A stretch of DNA of 64,000 nt. Origin: Macrostomum lignano. Taxonomy: Eukaryota. The position numbers and the translations under genes were made by a program. This document shows, piece by piece, positions 45,500 to 58,800 of the stretch. Position 1 is the stretch's first letter; every line of letters starts with the position of its first letter. The notes under the pieces are model-generated. The model worked only from the letters and a program-made list of their open reading frames with translations. It did not search any database and was not told the DNA's origin. The stretch covers positions 140,635 through 204,634 of the forward strand of contig NIVC01002098.1 in the NCBI GenBank assembly GCA_002269645.1. Reading direction: 5' to 3'.

Positions 45500-48400
45500 A
45501 CAACAGATTACGCAGTTAGCGTCACAGGGCGCGCTTCAAGGCCAGGTCGCGTTCACGCCACCGGCTGAATCCGGGGCGCCGGCGTCAGCCAGCAGGCAGT
45601 CGACGAAACGCCGAGTGCGCGCCTGCCCCCGCAGCGTTAGCAGCAGCACCTCCTGCGGGGGCTTGTGAGCACCCTCCAAGAAGGAGCTAAAGGAGACATG
45701 GACAACCTCCAGCAGCTCCGGGGGCCCCTGGACCTAAACCCAAGTCTGGGAATGACTAATGGCTCACACCACCACCGACCACCCGGAGAGGACGAGCCAA
45801 CCGCCACCGCAGGCAACCTGCACCGTGTCCTGCGGCTCCGCGGGGGCAGGAGTCCCGACAGTTGCCACGACAGCGGGCCACCAGGGACAACTAAAACCCT
45901 GGGTTTTAGTTGTCCCTGCGGGCCACGACGGCGACGAAACCGTCGGAAACGCGATTTAACCCCCCAACCTAGCCAAGAGCTCTTGATTATGCAGTTTAAC
46001 TGCAATGGCTTGCGCAGCCGTACTACGGAGCTGGCTAATCGGTTGGAGGCTGAACGCCCAGCCGTCGTTCTACTCCAAGAGACGAAGCTCCTACCTAAAG
46101 GCGATTTCCGTGCACCTGCGGGCTACGTTGTGGCCGCCCGCTGTGATGGCGTCCCCAATGACAACGACCCGAACACACTCCCCCAGGATGCACAGAGGAC
46201 GGGTGAACCTGCTCACCGGGGCCCCGGACCCCCCCCCCCCGGAAACAAGCACGTTGCAGGACCCGCCAGCCAGATGATCGAAACACGTGGTGCAGTGGAT
46301 GTAAGTCTTGGAGAACCGCATGCACCAACCGGCAACTGGAAGACATACCGGAAGCAACCCCGCCTGGAAGCAGCTCTACCGCCCAAGCCGCGGCCACGAC
46401 GGCACCTCCGACTGACCGGGCCCTCGGACCGACCTGTAGACGCCTTGCCCCGAACGACCGCACGAACTACTGTAGCGGCTGCATCTCTCGCCGCAAGTGC
46501 CTACGTCGCAGCGCTGCATCTGCGCCAACCTCCTCGCAACAACAGTCCCAGCCCTCGGACCTCTCCAGCTCCGCTAATCCAAAAAACTCTAAAAACATGA
46601 CGGGGCGAGGAGGGACCATGGTCATGGCCTGCGAGGACCTCTGTTACTCCAAGCTCGACTGCGGCCCACCCAGCAGCGAAATGGACGTCGCCGCCTGTAG
46701 GATTTGCCCCCTCAAACAGCCGGACTTGCTCGTCGCCTCGGTCTATATCCCGCCGGTTAGCGCTCAAAGACAGCAGAGCGACCGTGAATCGGGCTGCCCT
46801 CTGGACCGTATCCCTCACTCAGGAAGGGCTGTCATCGGTGGCGATTTCAATGCTCATGGCGGCTGGGACCAGCATATGGAAGAGGAAAGCCGCGGACGCG
46901 CTGTCGAGGAATGGGCAGCGCGCTCCGGCCTCACGATCTGCAATGGCACGAACCACACCAGGACTAGCCCGGCCACAGGCAAGAGAAGCAGCCCCGATAT
47001 CAGCTGCGCCTCTGGGCCTTAGCGGAGACTGCCATCTCCAGCTGGAGAACCGGCCGTGACCTGGGTAGTGACCACCTGCCCATCTTCTTCAGCATCCAGG
47101 GCCATCGCCCAACGCAGAACAAGAGAGGTCCAGCCCGCTGGAACTTCCGCAAGGCCGACTGGCGCACCTTCAGCGACCACCTGCAGCTCGCGTTGAGCAC
47201 GCCCCAACTGGAAGCCAGCAGGACACTGGACCAACAGGCCGCCGCACTCAATGAAGAGATCCTCAGGGCTGCACACCGTGCGATCCCGCGAGGCAGCAGA
47301 GCTGGCCGAAGAGCCCCTTTCTGAAACGAGAAATGTCAGCCAGCGTGCGACGCGGTGCAAGAAGCCAGGACCACGGCGGAGACCACAAAGACACCGGAAG
47401 CCATGGCCGCTTACAACAGAGCCAGACACCACACGACCAAAACCATCCGCACTGAACGCCGAGCCTGTCTGGAATCAAAGGCCAGCGAGCTTAATGTCAA
47501 CAGCGACCTTTACGCCCTACTCCGAAACCTCCGAGGGGAGTCAGCTAAGAAGCGAGATGCTGCTGCTATCTATAGCAGCGCAAGCAAAGGGAGACCAGCA
47601 CGTACCTGCCACTCCGACAAGGATAAGGCAGATCTTTTCTGCCAGCTGTACGCTGAAGTCTCCAGGGTGCCGCGTAGACCTGAGGACGCCGCTATCCGCT
47701 ACGAAGTCAAAGCCGGACTGCGGAACCAGACGGGGCACCTGGACGCATCGGAGGAGAACTTCTCGGTCTCCGAACTCCGAACTGCTCTGCGTAAACTTAA
47801 ATCGGGCAAAGCCGCCGGAGCGGACGGGATCCACAACAAAATGCTCAAACACCTGCCACCGGCCGGCGACTCTGCGCTGCTAGAGCTCATCAATCGCAGC
47901 TGGAGAGAAGGTAAGACACCCAACGCCTGGCGAGGGGCAGTTATCATCCCGATCCCTAAAAAAAGGAAAAGACCCGGAACAGCCTAGCAGTTACCGCCCT
48001 GTCGCCCTGACCAGCTGCGTGGCCAAGTGTGCGGAAAGGATGGTGCTGGCTAGACTTAACTGCTTCCTCGAAACTAACGGAAAGATCTCCGCTAGTCAAG
48101 ACGGCTTTCGCAGGCACCGGAGCTGCGAAGAGCAGATCGGCCGCATCTGCCAAGATATCTTTGACGGACTCGAGGCTAGCCCGTCCCTGCGCAGCATCCT
48201 GGCTCTGCTCGATTTCAGCCGCGCCTATGACAGGGTGTGGCGCCGGGCTCTCTACGCCAAGCTCCTTAGAATGGGCGTAAGCCACCGCATGGTCCAGTGG
48301 ATCAGGGGGTTCCTCTGTCAAAGACGCGCCCGAGTTCGCTGGAACGCCGCCCTCAGCCGCGAGAGAAGTTTCCGCGAAGGCCTCCCACAGGGCAGCGTCA

Positions 48401-50266
48401 TCGCCCCGACGCTGTGGAATGTGTACGTCAACGATCTGGTCGAAGCCCTTAATCAAGCTGCCCCGGGCATTGGCATTAGCCTCTACGCCGATGACAGCGC
48501 ACTGTTGAGCACTGCCAACTCGCTCTACCGCTGTGCCGTCAATCTGCAACCGGCCCTGGATGCGGTACACACCTGGTGCGTCACCTGGAAGGTCGAAATG
48601 AGCCTAGCTAAGTGCTGCTACACCACCTTCACCCTCGCGCCAAGTGAATGCAATGGAAAAATGCGCCCAGATCTGAACATCGCGGGAGAGCCGCTGGCGT
48701 ACGAGGCCCACCCGACCTTCCTGGGGTGACCCTCGACGGCCAGCTCACTTTTAATCAGCACGCCCGTGACATTTGCAAGCGCATGGCAGCCCGCAGAAGA
48801 CCACTGGCGGCGCTTGCCACCAGATCGAATGGCGCAAGTTTCAAAGTTCTCCGAATGGCCTACATCTCTACGGTCCGGGCCGTAGCCGACTTCGCAGGTG
48901 GCGTCTGGGCGCCTTTGCGTCCCCGAGCACACGCCTCCTTGTGGAGCGCCAACAGAACTGCGCCGCCCGCATCATCACAGGGTGCATCCAGCCGACAAAT
49001 ATCAGAGCGCTCTTGGCCGCCGCCGACCTGCCGCCGCTCGGTCACCTGTTCCTGGAAAGAGCAGCGGTCCTCCGTGAAAGGGTCCTACGGCTCCAGCCAG
49101 ACGTACCAGCGCACCAAACGGCACTCAGAACCTGCAGACCCCGACTAAAATCCCGAGCCCACGAAAGCTGGATCAGAGATCAGCAGCAGACACCGGAGCG
49201 GCCGATGCTGGTCAATGACTACAAGCGACCACACCGTGGCTGCTGGAGGCGCGCAGTACAAGAATTGACCGACGAACTGGACCTACATACGCGCGCGCCG
49301 TATACGGCGCCGGGTCCACCGTGGACCTTCACTGACAACGTCGTCTTCGACCTCAATCTGGCAGACGCCTGCAACCGCCGACTCCCCGACAGCATTCGGC
49401 GAACCCGTGCTCTCGAATATCTGGCTTCCAGACCTGTGCCGGACATCAAAATCTGGACTGATGGCAGCGCCACCGAAGGCCACAGAAATGGACGCGGAGC
49501 CGCGGTCATCACGACTAGGCTCTGGGGACAGGTGCGCACTGCTGCGGCTGGAGCGATCTGCAGTAGCACCGCAGCGGAGTTGACTGCTATAGCCACCGGC
49601 CTTGCGAACATCCGACACCTGGACACGATTCACGGGACTAGCGCCGACATCCTCACTGATAGCCAAGCGGCGCTCCTCACACTCATGCGCGGTCCTTGCG
49701 ACCAGAGAGACCCGCGGGGCGCGGAGTGCTGGTCCCACCTCGGCGCGATGCAGCACCGCACCCGCCTCACCTGGGTGCCGGCCCACGTTGGGGTGGAAAG
49801 CAACGAAAGAGCGGATGCTGCTGCCAACCGCGCCGTGAATCTCCGCCAAGAAGAACAGGCAATCCCACTTTGCACTGCCAAGGCGCTCATCCACAGAGCT
49901 AGGCGTCGCCTTGACCGTGACTTCTGGGGACGCAGCGCACCATGGACTCACCCCGACCGCATCAGCCGAGCGGAGGCAACGGCGGTCTGCCAGCTCCGCG
50001 CAGGCTGCAGCACCGCCTGTGCCGCTACCCGCCACCGCATCGGCATTGCTGACTCGCCGCGGTGTCCGGACTGCGGTGAGCCAGACACCGAGAGTCACCT
50101 GTTAGACGACTGCCCCCGCGGAGACCACGCCCGCGCTGTCCACCCCCTCGACCTCAACGACGCGGGCGGGATCTGCCGCTTTCTCCGGATGGTGGGCCGA
50201 CCCCTCGGCCGGCCAAGCCCCCAGCCGCCTGCCGGCGGCGTCGAGGGCTCAGTGTAGAGAGAGAGA
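45500..50266 (+). mobile_element. Near-full-length non-LTR retrotransposon (APE-RT-RNase H-CCHC; I/Ingi-like), several frameshifts
   Basis: APE QFNCNG/LQETKL/GDFNAH/SPDI; RT YRPVALTS, DFSRAYD, GLPQGS, YADD; RNase H WTDGS, AELTAI, TDSQ, WVPAHVG..NERAD; CPDC..H...C; ends in (GA)n. 5' end approximate. Confidence 0.9.
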
Positions 50267-50267
50267 G

Positions 50268-50632
50268 CACCTCCTGCACCGGCTCTGGGCAGTACGACTC
50301 GGCGCGGAGGATGTGGCCTGCCAGTTGGAGTCGCCGACGGCGCAACAGGTCGCTTGGACGGACCAGGCCGGCGCGGTGATACAAAGCCGCGTTGGTCACT
50401 CGCTCGTAGCCGATCTTGAAGACGCCGCGTCAACTTATTGCTCGAGCGACTCCGTCAGCGTCCAGGTCTCGGCGTTGTACAACAGGACGGTCTCGATCAA
50501 CGCCTGGAACAACGCCGCCCTCTGGCGGTCAGGTAAGGCCTCGGACTGCAGGACTGCCCTCAAGGAACGAAAGGCAGCCCAAGCAAGCCCGCGGCGACGC
50601 CGCAAATCCTCGCGTTCTTTTTTCTTTCGCAT
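50268..50632 (-). mobile_element. RTE-like non-LTR 3' fragment
   Basis: LAWAAFRSL...LLYNAETWTLT and RRRRLQLAGHILR motifs. Confidence 0.75.
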
Positions 50633-51059
50633 TCAGGCATCGGCGCTACCGCAGGAACAGAACGTCAGCTGGCTGGATCAGCCGGCTGAGGCAGCCAGTT
50701 CAAACAAGCTGTCACTCGTGTGAAGTCGTGGATTCAATATATGGCTGCAATATCAATTATGCATTAGTGGGAACGCGTCATTAACATTTGGACAGGCTTA
50801 AGTCCTCGCTGGAACCGCTTCTGTACGCTATGTGATGCACTACTTTTCGTTGATTCTGGACGAAACGAATGCAAGGCACATTCATGGGACAACTGTGAAC
50901 TGAGCAAAAATTTTACGAATATCCATCAGCAGTCCTGCTCATGCCCGTACCATGAAAACCAGGGGTCGGAAACTCCGGCCTCTCCATCCGGCCTTTGGGG
51001 TCCTTTGAAACTTCACAATGGCAGTCCGGCCCGCTCAAGGCTTGTGTCTCTTCTCAGTT

Positions 51060-51135
51060 CTCTCTCTCTCCTCTCTCCTCTCCTCTCCTCTCCTCTCCTC
51101 TCCTCTCCTCTCCTCTCCTCTCTTCTATTCTCTTC
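51060..51135. repeat. (CTCTC)n microsatellite, possibly inside a hAT-like MITE (50980-51273)
   Basis: Pentamer run. Flanking CAGGGGT...ACCCCTG ends, but no matching TSD. Confidence 0.7.
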
Positions 51136-51894
51136 TCTCATCGCATCTCTCATTTCACCTCTTTTCTTTCTCTCTCCTATATTCCCCCTCTCTCTCATTT
51201 GGAACGCAGCAATGTTCTACGAGCGTAGATTCTTGATCTGGCCCTTAAGGTAGAAAAGCTTTTCTACCCCTGGTGTAAAGGATTTCTGAAGAGTTCTTTA
51301 GCGATAGGAAATTTCAAAGTCTCTCAAGAGTCTCCCTAAAGTCTCACTAAAGCCGCTTATCAATTTCCTAAGTTATGGTGAAGTCCCAAGCTCAACAAGC
51401 TCTTAGCAAGCTGTTGAGTCAAGTAAATCCGGGTTGTCCTTTTAATCCGCACTCCTATCGCTGTGGTTTAGTCTGATAATTAAAAATGCGATCTTTCTAT
51501 CGAAAGCCTGAAAGAAGTTAATGCCACAATGTACACTCACTGTACCGTTAAGGTTGGTAAGCCGGAACCGAACCAGGGGTTAAACGCGCGTTCACCTCTA
51601 GGTTTTTCTGCCACTCTATAAATTGATTGTACACGCAGTTCGATAAAAACTATACATCTCATCGCTCAGGGTAACTATAGCAGCAGAAATTGGGGAGTTC
51701 TACAGATGCAACTAGCGGTATCTTTTGGAGGTTGCATAAGCGTGCACAAGCGTGCAGGCTCCGAGTTGTATCTAAGCGCGCAACAAGAAACAAAAGAGAA
51801 CTCACACGAAAGTGCGCTGTTAGTGATTGGCACAAGGGCGCAGGCAATCGATAGCATTTCCAAGCGTTGTACATCATCACAAACCCTCCCTGAT

Positions 51895-53005
51895 AGCGAT
51901 AGCAGCCAGTGGCGGCTCATCAAAGAACCCTGATAGCAGCCAGTGGCGGCTCATCAAAGAACCCTGATAGCCGACAGTGGCGGCTCATCAAAGAACCCTG
52001 ATAGCCGACAGTGGCGGCTCATCAAAGAACCCTGATAGCCGACAGTGGCGGCTCATCAAAGAACCCTGATAGCCGACAGTGGCGGCTCATCAAAGAACCC
52101 TGATAGCCGACAGTGGCGGCTCATCAAAGAACCCTGATAGCCGACAGTGGCGGCTCATCAAAGAACCCTGATAGCCGACAGTGGCGGCTCATCAAAGAAC
52201 CCTGATAGCCGACAGTGGCGGCTCATCAAAGAACCCTGATAGCCGACAGTGGCGGCTCATCAAAGAACCCTGATAGCCTACAGTGGCGGCTCATCAAAGA
52301 ACCCTGATAGGACAGTGGCGGCTCATCAAAGAACCCAGATAGGACAGTGGCGGCTCATCAAAGAACCCTGATAGCCGACAGTGGCGGCTCATCAAAGAAC
52401 CCTGATAGGACAGTGGCGGCTCATCAAAGAACCCTGATAGCCGACAGTGGCGGCTCATCAAAGAACCCTGATAGCCGACAGTGGCGGCTCATCAAAGAAC
52501 CCTGATAGCCGACAGTGGCGGCTCATCAAAGAACCCTGATAGCCGACAGTGGCGGCTCATCAAAGAACCCTGATAGGACAGTGGCGGCTCATCAAAGAAC
52601 CCTGATAGCCGACAGTGGCGGCTCATCAAAGAACCCTGATAGCCGACAGTGGCGGCTCATCAAAGAACCCTGATAGCCGACAGTGGCGGCTCATCAAAGA
52701 ACCCTGATAGCCGACAGTGGCGGCTCATCAAAGAACCCTGATAGGACAGTGGCGGCTCATCAAAGAACCCTGATAGGACAGTGGCGGCTCATCAAAGAAC
52801 CCTGATAGCCGACAGTGGCGGCTCATCAAAGAACCCTGATAGCAGCCAGCGGTGGCTCATAAAAGTACCATGATAGCAGCCAGCGGTGGCTCATCAAAGA
52901 ACCCTGATAGCAGCCAGCGGTGGCTCATAAAAGTACCCTGATAGCAGCCAGCGGTGGCTCATCAAAGAACCATGATAGCAGCCAGTGGCGGCTCATCAAA
53001 GAATC
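51895..53005. repeat. 34-bp minisatellite (~32 copies, with 32-bp and diverged variants)
   Basis: Unit GATAGCCGACAGTGGCGGCTCATCAAAGAACCCT. Confidence 0.97.
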
Positions 53006-53944
53006 TTAAATTTATTGTCAGCCAGCTGAAACAGATTTACAATCTGCTGATTAGGAATGAAGCAACAGCTGGCTTGACACAGACGCCGCTGTTAAGGGGC
53101 CTTATTAAGGTCTTCAATTGTACAGCATGAAGTACTCGTAGACTTACTCGCAAGCCTACTTCAAGCGTAGAGATCGTCGCTTCTAGCAGCTTCCTGTGAC
53201 ACCTCTCTGCCATGCTCGTATATTTCTAAACTGTATAGCATTAGGAGTTGTACGGACTTAATTAAGGTTGGGGCAGATGCGGCCTTAAAGATTGCCATAG
53301 CAGGCGGCACCGCGGGCGGCAATTTGTGCTGCTGCTGACCGGCTGTGCCCCGCTGTTTTGATGAAGCTAGATCTTAGAGCTCTTCAACAACCTTGCTACG
53401 GCAATTGCTGATGCGAAATTTCGACAGTTTTTATTGCTTACATTATTAGCAACCCTGTTTAATCTCTGTAGAATTCGTATCATTGTCATTTCTCTTTTCC
53501 AACGGCAGTTTGCATCGATATGAACTTCTGATTTATGGATATGAACTCTCATCCGCTTAAACTTTGGGTGGCCAGCAAAACAATTTTTATGTGCCAAACT
53601 ACTCTGTTATTTTTGTTGAGCCATGCGGAATCCGAGTCATTCCTATTCTGTGGGATTCAGCCAGCAGACTGTTTACCTGGGAGCCGCAACACAAAACAAA
53701 AAACAGATAGACATTCAAGACCTGCTTTGCCATTCATTGCCCAGTACCGCAGTTGCACTCTTGCAGTGCTGAGTAGCTTGGATTTATTGGGAATTTAATG
53801 CACTCTCTTCTGCTTCCTCAAAGTAACCAATGCTCGAATTACTAAAATGCAAACTGAGGTACTAAAATGCATTCTAAGCCAGGTTAGAGCAACCAATCAA
53901 TTAGTCACGTGCTGTGAGCGATTAAGTGAACTGATCAGTTCCTG

Positions 53945-54365
53945 ATTTCATGAGTGACTGCATGAGCTGATGAGCAAGCTTGAGTTTGAGTTCATGTGTT
54001 AATGAGTGAGCTCGTGAGTGGGCTCATGAGCGGGTTCATAGGTGATTTTATGAGTGAGTTCATGAGTTTATGAGCGATGTTTTAGTTCATGATTAAGTTT
54101 ATGAGCAAGTTCATGAGTGGTTTATGAGTGGGTTCATGGGTGAGTGAGTTAATTTGTGAGTTGATGAGTGCGTTCATGAGCTTCTGTAGTGAGCTTATGA
54201 GTGAGTTCACAAGTTAATGAGTTTATGAATGATTTTTAGTTCATAAGAGGATTAATAATTTGGTTCATGAATGGGGTTGGATATGAATGTGTTCGTGAGA
54301 GAGGTCGAGAGTGATTTCATGAATTTATGAGTGATTTTTTTATTTCATGAGTGAGTTCATGAGGG
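53945..54365. repeat. Degenerate ATGAGTGAGTTC-type repeat (continues at 59694-59800)
   Basis: Many TGAGT/TCATGAG units on both sides of the LINE insertion. Confidence 0.7.
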
Positions 54366-54825
54366 GCACGCGAAGGCGTATTCAGCATGCCAGTGAAGTA
54401 TGAGAAAGACTAGGCCCATGGGCTAAGGTCTGCGATGCTTCACGCCTGCCCCTATCTTCAGCAGGTCAAGGCTGGTGGGAGGTCTGCACCCTCTATTTGC
54501 CTCTGGCAGCCGCAGACCCCCCCCACGCTGTCTCGCAAGTCGACCCAGGGTACTCATCCCCGCGTGTGTTCAAGGCAGTCCCTAGGGCTGCTGGACAGAC
54601 TGGGCTCCGGCGCTGGCGACCCTATCCAGTGGCTTCGGCCGAATTTGGGTATGCGGGTCTGGCTCGCCAACCTGCAGGCCGTGGTACTGCTCAACGTACT
54701 CTCTAATGCCTAAGGTGTTGACCGTGCCGATAAGCTGGAAGGCCGGGGAGTAGTCCGGTCGCAAGCGGTCCCCCTCCTGGTTTCGGGCCAGCCTTGAGGG
54801 TGCTATTGGCCTACTGCCCGGTCAG

Positions 54826-55837
54826 GTGGAGCGGCCGGGTGGGTACCGCGCCCCTTTGAGGGTAGCCCACCAACCTTTTATCATGGCCTTCGAGCCGATT
54901 ATGGATAACAAAGCTTTTTCTAGGGACGGGGACCCTTCTAAACCCCAACCTCAGTCCGAAGGACCGGCCGGCCCTGCTGGCAGATCCCAACCGACTGATT
55001 CAACTGTGGCAAAGGAAGGACCGGCTGGCTCTGCTGGCAGATCCGACCAGAGCTACCAAACTCATAATACCCAAAGACCTGCCAGCTCCGCTGGTGGATC
55101 TAAGGGAACCGCGAGCTCTGAGCCTAAAGGACCGGCCAAATCTGGCAGATCCGATGAAGCTCAGCGGGCTCGGCTTGAGCGCAAACGCGCTAAACAACGC
55201 GCCAAAAGGCAGGCCAAGAAGGGAGCTGCGGGGGCCAAAGCGGCGGCGTCCACCATGGATGCTGAAGCGACTGGCGTCCCAAGGCAACCAGACGGGCCGG
55301 CCGGTGGAAGCTCCGGTAGTTCAGCGGCGGCGCTCCCTGGAGATGCTGCTGCGGCTGCTGAGGCCGAAACCACGGCGCAACAAATGGCCACTGCCAACAA
55401 GGAGGTTCCTTCGGGAGCTACCTTTGCGGCGAAGGCCAAGGCCAAAATCCCGGGAGTGATCATCCAAGGTCGCGACCAGGACTGGACCACTGATCAGCTT
55501 CAAAAAGTGTGGAGTGCTGTTGACTCCTATCTGATCCTATCTGGCTCCGGCCAAGCCCCGGGAACCAAACCTGCCAGTCGGAGAAGGAGTTGAGGACGAG
55601 GCCGGGTCTTCGGAATCCGAGCTCTCCTCGGCCACCCTGGTGGGGTCTGAAGGTAAAGATGCAGGTGAGGAAGCTTCCTCCATCCTGTCATCGGAGCCTG
55701 AGGACTCTGCTGGGGGGGGGGCGGTGGGGGTGAGGAGGCCATGGACGTCGACCAACTCCCATCTCCCAGTCAAGCCCCAGCGGCCTGGGACGAGGACGAT
55801 CTGTTGTCCAAGTCTCCTTGATGGCCCTGGGCTCTAG
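54826..55837 (+). CDS. LINE ORF1 (low complexity, frameshifted ~55540-55570)
   Basis: Ala/Ser/Pro-rich, basic ERKRAKQRAKRQAKK, TFAAKAK. Lies directly upstream of ORF2. Confidence 0.6.
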
Positions 55838-55860
55838 CCAGAAATTGCATTTAATACAGT

Positions 55861-58800
55861 ATGACTAAGCTCCACGCTGCCAAAGGAGCGACATTCTGTC
55901 TGCAAATTAATTTACAGCATTGCGTATCTGCGTCAGTAAATCTGATGATGCTGAGCTGTACAGGCCAGGCCTCATCCTGATCCAGGAACCCTGGATGCGC
56001 AACGGTAAGTTGCCCAACATTCCCTCTGGCTACTCTGATTTTTATGTGTGTGGCCCGGGGAACAGCCGCCCTAGAGCGGCTATCCTCGCTGCTAGCCATC
56101 TCCAGGCTTGGCTGAGGACTGATCTCTCTGATGGAGACCTTTGCGTCATCCAATCTAATCATTTCTCTCCGCGTACGTGTCTTGTTGCCTCGGTTTATAT
56201 CCCAGGCGACAGAGACCCTGCTCCTGAGAGTTTACTGCGCCTCGCGCAGTACTGCGAGTCCCAGAACGCTGAGCTGTGCTTAGGGGGCGACCTCAACGCG
56301 CACCACAAGCACTGGGGCAGCAAAGATACCAACACTAGAGGAGAGGAGCTTCTGGCCCTCATCTCTAACACAAACCTCATGCTCTGCAACCGCGGCAGCA
56401 CTCCTACCTTTAATAATGGCAGATGGACCGAGGTCCTCGACGCCACACTCGTTACCCCAAGACTCTTTGACAGAGTTGAGGAGTGGAGAGTCTGGTCTGA
56501 GGAGCCCTCCCTGTCTGACCACTGCTTTATCGCCTTTAACATCGCGGACACTAAAACCCAGTCTCCGATCACTTGGAGACGCAATATCCGCAACACTGAT
56601 TGGGCGGCCTACAAGGCTGCCCTTGATCTGCACCTGCAGGAACTCACGGACTTACGTCCGATTGAGACCTGCGAGGATGTGGATCATATGGCTGAGACGC
56701 TGACAGGTTGCATTATTGAAGCCTACGAAGCGGCTTGTCCTGCTCGCGCCTACAAAGGCAAGACCTCGGCGCCGTGGTGGAACCCGGAGCTGGGGAAACT
56801 CAGGCGGAAGGCCAAAAGCCTTCATCGCCGTGCCATGAAGACCGGAAACCCGGAGGACATGGAGCTTTTCCGGCAAGCCTCCCGCAATTTCAAATCTGAA
56901 GTGCGCAAGGCCAAGGAATGTAAGTGGCGCCAATTCTGCAATGAATTGGATCAAGACAGACCTACTTCTAGGCTTGTCAAGGCCCTTACAATGGACAAAA
57001 TGTCCAAATTAGCCATGATCAAAAAAGATGATGGCTCTCTTACTAAAGACCCTGAAGAAGTGCTTCAGCATATGCTTAGCACATTCTTCCCGAGGGTACC
57101 TACTGCTAGACCGGAGCCCAACCATTCGATGGATGGAGCCACCCTAGCGGCGGGCATTGTCACTGAAGACCTAATCGCTCGTGCGGTCAGAACCTTCAAA
57201 CCCTTCAAATCTCCTGGACCTGATGGTATCTACCCTGTTCTCCTTCGTGAAGCAGCCAAGATACCCTCGTTCCTGAGACTCACCCGCAATCTTATGCGGG
57301 CCTCTATCCAGCTGGGATACGTTCCCAAATGCTGGACTGAAGCTCGGGTAGTCTTTATTCCCAAACCTGGGAAGGGTGACTACCAAAGCGTCAAGGCCTT
57401 CCGGCCTATTAGCTTAACGTCAGCAATGCTTAAGCTCACTGAGAGGCTTATTCTCTGGCGGCTGCTGTCCTGCGAGCTGACAGCGATGCCCCTCAGCAAT
57501 AATCAGCACGCCTTCCGTACCGGGAGGTCGACTGACAGCGCCCTGCATGCGATTGTCGAGAAGATTGAAAGGGCGGTACTGGGTGACGGCTACGCTCTGG
57601 CTCTCTTTCTTGACATTGTTGGCGCCTTCGACAACGTTATCTTTGAAGCGTTTCAGAGGGCCCTTCAAAATCGCAAAGCTCATGCTACCCTCATACGGTG
57701 GATCATGTACATGATCTCCAACCGTACGGTCACTGCCCAACTTCTTGGGCAAACTGCCTCCACCAGAGTCTGTAAGGGTGGACCCCAAGGCGGAGTCCTC
57801 ACCCCGACGCTCTGGAACCTGGTCATGGACGCTCTTTTGAGTGACTCCCGACCCGACCTCGTCTTCAAAGTCGGGTATGCTGATGACGTCACGGCCATTG
57901 TGGCAGGACCGTCTCCCAGCACGCTCAGGGATCTGATGCAGAGCTTTATCCGCAAAGCAGAATCCTGGGCCAATGACAATGGTCTGGAACTCTCTGAGCC
58001 CAAAACCGTTGCCATTATGTTTACCAGCAGACTACGCTGGAACATACGTCCTCTGCAGCTCTACGGCAGAGATATTGCCTTCGCGCACCAGACCAGATGT
58101 CTCGGGGTCATACTTGACCACCGGCTCAACTGGTCCTCCACGTGAAAGCAAAAGCCAAGCGTGCCTCAGCCATCCTGGCCCAGCTCCGACGAGCACTTGG
58201 CACTTCTTGGGGTCTATCCCCAAAGCGGCTTTGGTGGATCTATACTTCCGTAGTTAGACCTGCCATTACGTACGCCTCTGTTGTCTGGGTTAGCGCTACC
58301 CAGGTCAAAAGCCATGCAGACCTGCTCAACACGATCCAAGGCAGAGCGTGTAGGCTCATCTGCAACGCCACCAGGTCCACGCCCTTTGCTGGCATGGGGG
58401 CCTTCCTTAATCTTCCGCCTCTTGACCTCTTCATCAGGGGTGAGGCGGCTAGAACGACGCGGCGTCTAATTGATGCCGGCGTCAAATTCATTTACATGAG
58501 AGCACCTGCTAAGCGGAACCTTGTCCCGCATAGCGATCTGTGCCTCAACTTTCTCAACGAGTGTCAGGCCAATCGCGTCTTCACCGATGGCATTGCCTCA
58601 ACGCTCAACCTGAGACAGCGCTACTCCGTAGCTATCGACTCGCGCGATAACATCAATGACCAATGGAACCCTGGTGAGCTTCATTGCTACACCGACGGTT
58701 CTAAGCAGTCAGCCAACACCGGCTTTGGTGTTGGAATCTTTCTGAACGGGAGGGTCATCGCTACCCACGCTCAATACACTGGGGTCAACTCCAGTGTTTT

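Noticed and set aside
45625-45700. HDV-like ribozyme at the 5' end of the Ingi-like LINE
   Set aside because: A 7-bp P1-like stem (GCCCCCG/CGGGGGC) and a CUAA segment exist, but L3, P1.1 and P2 did not fit the HDV consensus.
51895-53005. CRISPR-like appearance of the 34-bp array (also the 28-, 47- and 18-bp arrays)
   Set aside because: Units are head-to-tail with no unique spacers and no cas genes. They are ordinary minisatellites.
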